From Octopus bimaculoides (lineage: Eukaryota), in assembly GCF_001194135.2 (NCBI RefSeq), contig NC_068984.1:110257201-110321200 (forward strand): DNA of 64,000 nt. Direction: 5' to 3'. Position 1 is the first letter of the stretch; every line of letters begins with the position of its first letter. The notes under the pieces are model-generated. The model worked only from the letters and a program-made list of their open reading frames with translations. It made no database searches and had not been told where the DNA came from. Positions 60,460 through 64,000 of this stretch are shown here, one piece after another. The translations under genes and the position numbers were made by a program.

Positions 60460-60880
60460 TCATCCTCCTCATCATCATTTAATGAACGTTTTTCATGCTG
60501 GCTTGGACTAGATGGTTTGACAGGAGCTAGTAATCCAGAGAGTCACACCAGGCTCCAGTCGTCTGTTTTGGCATGGTTCCTATGGCTGGGTGCTCATCCT
60601 AATGCCAACCAATTTACAGAGCATACTGGGTGATTTTTTATGCAGTGCCAGCACTGGTGCTTATTACATGCACATTATATGGTGCAGGCACAGGTGCTCT
60701 TTTTCACATGGCACCAACATCGGTGCTTTTAACATGACACATACGCATTTTATGTGGCACTGGCATGGGTGCCTTCCATGTGGTACTCACAATGGTGCTT
60801 TTTAGGTGGCACCAGTAACCCACAGGGTTGCCAAGGATGTCTCAGCTGAGAGAGGGAGAGGAACTGTGTGAAGTGGATGT
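60460..60880 (-). mobile_element. Retroposon 3' end with (ATG)n-like tail and internal degenerate minisatellite
   Basis: The + strand catcctcctcatcatcatttaatg is the tail. Repeats of ggtgc(t)ttt..ac/atg/tggcacca/ctg lie at ~60645-60820. Confidence 0.45.
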
Positions 60881-61544
60881 ATTCCCAGTGAGTCGTTGGT
60901 GTATGATAAAGGGTGGGGGATAGCTGTCTTACTACAGTGGAGATACTTGTTTACCCAAGTAGGACAAGGAAGAAGCGAAAGATGGAAGAGAGAGAAAGAG
61001 AGCGGGAGATACAGAGAGATAGAGAGAGGACCTACCCACATGGAACAGTGCTGGTGGGAGCACAGAGGTGATACAGGAGATATACCACAAGAATGAGAGG
61101 GGAGATATTTAGAGATAGCAAGTGATGTTGAGAGGAACTGGTGGGGCTTGCAGTGGGTGGTGGTGATTTTGGAGTGATGGTCGTAGGTGAGTTTTGCCAG
61201 AGGACAGAATTATACATATGTACACACACACACACACACAATAATAATAATAGTCATAAGGATTATTACGAAATAGCATTAGCATTACCTTTAATTCCTT
61301 TATATAGAGAGTGAGAGCTACAAATAGACCTACACATGCTTCTACAGCATCGATTAGTAACCATAGCAATCGCAACCTTATAATAGTACTGGTGCAGTTT
61401 CTTCAGGGTTTCTCTTTAATATCCTTTGATTTAACTGTTTAAAGATTTTAATTTATCTACTATGGGTTGTATGATGTGGAGTTGTCCGTTAATTTAGACA
61501 GAAATTATCTTCAATTCAATTCAAGTTTTGATTGGATAATCACT

Positions 61545-61641
<97 letters not shown>

Positions 61642-61679
61642 ATATATATACATACATATATATATGCATATATTTATGT

Positions 61680-61890
61680 GTGTCTTTGTGTCTGTGTTTG
61701 TCCCCACCATTACTGATTGACAACTGTTGTTGGTGTGTTTATGTCCCCATACCTTAGTGGTTCAGTAAAAGAGACCAACACAATATAAATTAACCTTGAG
61801 AAATAAGTCCTGGGGGGGGCGATTTGTTCAACTAAGGAGGCAGTGCTCCAGCATGGCTGCAGTCAAATGACTGAAACAAATAAAAGAGTA
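61680..61890 (+). mobile_element. SINE family A, 3' half, CpG-decayed
   Basis: ttgacaactgttgttggtgtgtttatgtcc...ttagtggttcagtaaaagagacc...gtgctccagcatggctgcagtcaaatgactgaaac. Confidence 0.8.
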
Positions 61891-61952
61891 AAAATGTATA
61901 TATATACATATATACATATATATTTATTTATTTATATTATTTTCTCTTTCAG

Positions 61953-62149
61953 GGAAATTGTCTCCTATTTCATACAAGCTTAACAGACTTGTAGAAAATT
62001 GCTCTTTTCAATTTGGCAAGGGGATGTTCTTTTGTTACAAAAACCTTTACAATGAAAGCAAGAATTCACCTTTACAAACAAGGAATATTCAGAAACTTAG
62101 AGTCAAGTGCATTGTGCTAAAAATCAAACAAATTCACTCTGATATGTAG
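61953..62149 (+). CDS. Candidate exon, unidentified product
   Basis: Strong acceptor ttattttctctttcag|G followed by a frame open for ~65 codons (KLSPISYKLNRLVENCSFQFGKGMFFCY...SDM*). No homology recognised. Confidence 0.2.
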
Positions 62150-63303
62150 TTGAATTCTTGACATATAGGTTGTGCTACTCAAGTACATTGCCCACTTGCT
62201 GGCTGTTTCGCATCTACAGAGATGGTTATTTTGCATATAATTCATTGTGTAAGCTAGTGTAGGAGAGGTTTTGCTGAAGCCATTATTTTTGTGATATTAG
62301 TTGTTCAGAATGTGTTTCTTTCACTGAGAGGTATGATTCGCACAGACAAGGCAAAACAATGCAGAGAGAGAGAGAGAGAGAGAAAGAAAAGAGAGAGAGA
62401 GAGAGAGTATGTTTGTGGTTAGGTATAAAAATCATGACCATATGATCTGAGATGCATAACCATCCAAACTGTCACTCACATATGTACACACACACACGCG
62501 CACACACGTGCATGCACACACACACATACATACATACATACATACATACATACNNNNNNNNNNNNNNNNNNNNNNNNNNNNNNNNNNNNNNNNNNNNNNN
62601 NNNNNNNNNNNNNNNNNNNNNNNNNNNNNNNNNNNNNNNNNNNNNNNNNNNNNAGAAGTAAGAGCTGCTGGAATTCCACATATACTCATCGTCAGGGAAC
62701 CAAAACATAAAAGCAAGACAAATGCGAAATGATGAGCTAACTTACGAGCTATAATGTTACATGGCCAAGTAAGTGACAGTTAGAAGTAAGAACGCTTGTT
62801 TACATAGAGTTATAAAGGGAGGGGGCTGTAAACGTAATACTAAAGGTTTGAATTAAATGATTAAAATGGGGGGAGGAGGGCAAAATAGATCACAGTAGAG
62901 TAAACTAGAAGTCGTAAGCTAATTGCTAAGCCAAAAGTGGAGGAAGGGAGAGAACCAAGAGAGTTCATCAAATACAAAAAGATTTTCTCCTCAAGGAAAA
63001 AAACTAATGACATACTTAATACAAAGTGAAGAAAGTAAATATAAAAAATAAATAAAGCATCATAGCCTAGTAATATAATATATTATTATACGGATATTAA
63101 CACTAGTTAATGGTAAAACAAGGTACAGGATATTTAGTGGAGAAATAATAATGATAATAATGTGCACGCTTACAAGAAGGTCGGAAATACTTAGTTCAAG
63201 TTACCAATGGTACGAACAACAACCAGTGTGGCATTACTAGGAAGAATTTACTTAGCTAACTGTAGAAGGGGAAAATAAAGAACAAGTGGTGATTGAGGCA
63301 GAA

Positions 63304-63342
<39 letters not shown>

Positions 63343-64000
63343 NNNNNNNNNNNNNNNNNNNNNNNNNNNNNNNNNNNNNNNNNNNNNNNNNNNNNNNNNN
63401 NNNNNNNNNNNNNNNNNNNNNNNNNNNNNNNNNNNNNNNNNNNNNNNNNNNNNNNNNNNNNNNNNNNNNNNNNNNNNNNNNNNNNNNNNNNNNNNNNNNN
63501 NNNNNNNNNNNNNNNNNNNNNNNNNNNNNNNNNNNNNNNNNNNNNNNNNNNNNNNNNNNNNNNNNNNNNNNNNNNNNNNNNNNNNNNNNNNNNNNNNNNN
63601 NNNNNNNNNNNNNNNNNNNNNNNNNNNNNNNNNNNNNNNNNNNNNNNNNNNNNNNNNNNNNNNNNNNNNNNNNNNNNNNNNNNNNNNNNNNNNNNNNNNN
63701 NNNNNNNNNNNNNNNNNNNNNNNNNNNNNNNNNNNNNNNNNNNNNNNNNNNNNNNNNNNNNNNNNNNNNNNNNNNNNNNNNNNNNNNNNNNNNNNNNNNN
63801 NNNNNNNNNNNNNNNNNNNNNNNNNNNNNNNNNNNNNNNNNNNNNNNNNNNNNNNNNNNNNNNNNNNNNNNNNNNNNNNNNNNNNNNNNNNNNNNNNNNN
63901 NNNNNNNNNNNNNNNNNNNNNNNNNNNNNNNNNNNNNNNNNNNNNNNNNNNNNNNNNNNNNNNNNNNNNNNNNNNATATATACCAGGGAATCTGGGGAAA

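Noticed and set aside
782-63975. All long ORFs in the track containing X runs or YI/CV/HT/poly-N, -D, -S, -L, -E tracts
   Set aside because: They are read-through of N gaps and of di- or trinucleotide microsatellites, with no domain content.
1-64000. CRISPR arrays, rRNA genes, bacterial operons
   Set aside because: No repeat-spacer arrays, rRNA-like sequence or dense coding is seen; the DNA is eukaryotic and repeat-rich.

Overview
AT-rich, microsatellite-saturated eukaryotic DNA with about 6.5 kb (~10%) of N gaps, most of them next to simple repeats. The mix of tRNA-headed SINE families, (TAA)n-associated R4/Dong LINE remnants and dense microsatellites resembles a coleoid cephalopod (octopus-type) draft assembly; this is inference from recalled repeat families, not a database hit. 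No host protein-coding gene can be identified with confidence. Nearly all long ORFs in the track are artefacts of N runs or simple repeats. The recognisable coding remnants are transposon-derived: mariner and Tc1 transposases, R4/Dong RT-thumb, CCHC and RLE domains, a Penelope-like GIY-YIG fragment, and weaker LINE fragments. Main hunt results: (1) two type I hammerhead-ribozyme-like folds on the + strand (21616-21735 and 24697-24792), one with a branched helix II insertion, plus a separate Penelope-like remnant that suggests a source family; (2) a 911-bp foldback element (23706-24616) with telomere-like TTAGGG arrays in its arms and a near-perfect 8-bp TSD; (3) a set of R4/Dong remnants and a non-coding companion element sitting in (TAA)n tracts; (4) CpG-poor outer domains versus a CpG-retaining central domain, also visible in copies of the same SINE; (5) a GC-rich island with an HDxxY motif like parvoviral/Polinton PLA2; (6) several low-confidence exon candidates. 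Coordinates were read by eye, and repeat boundaries are approximate.
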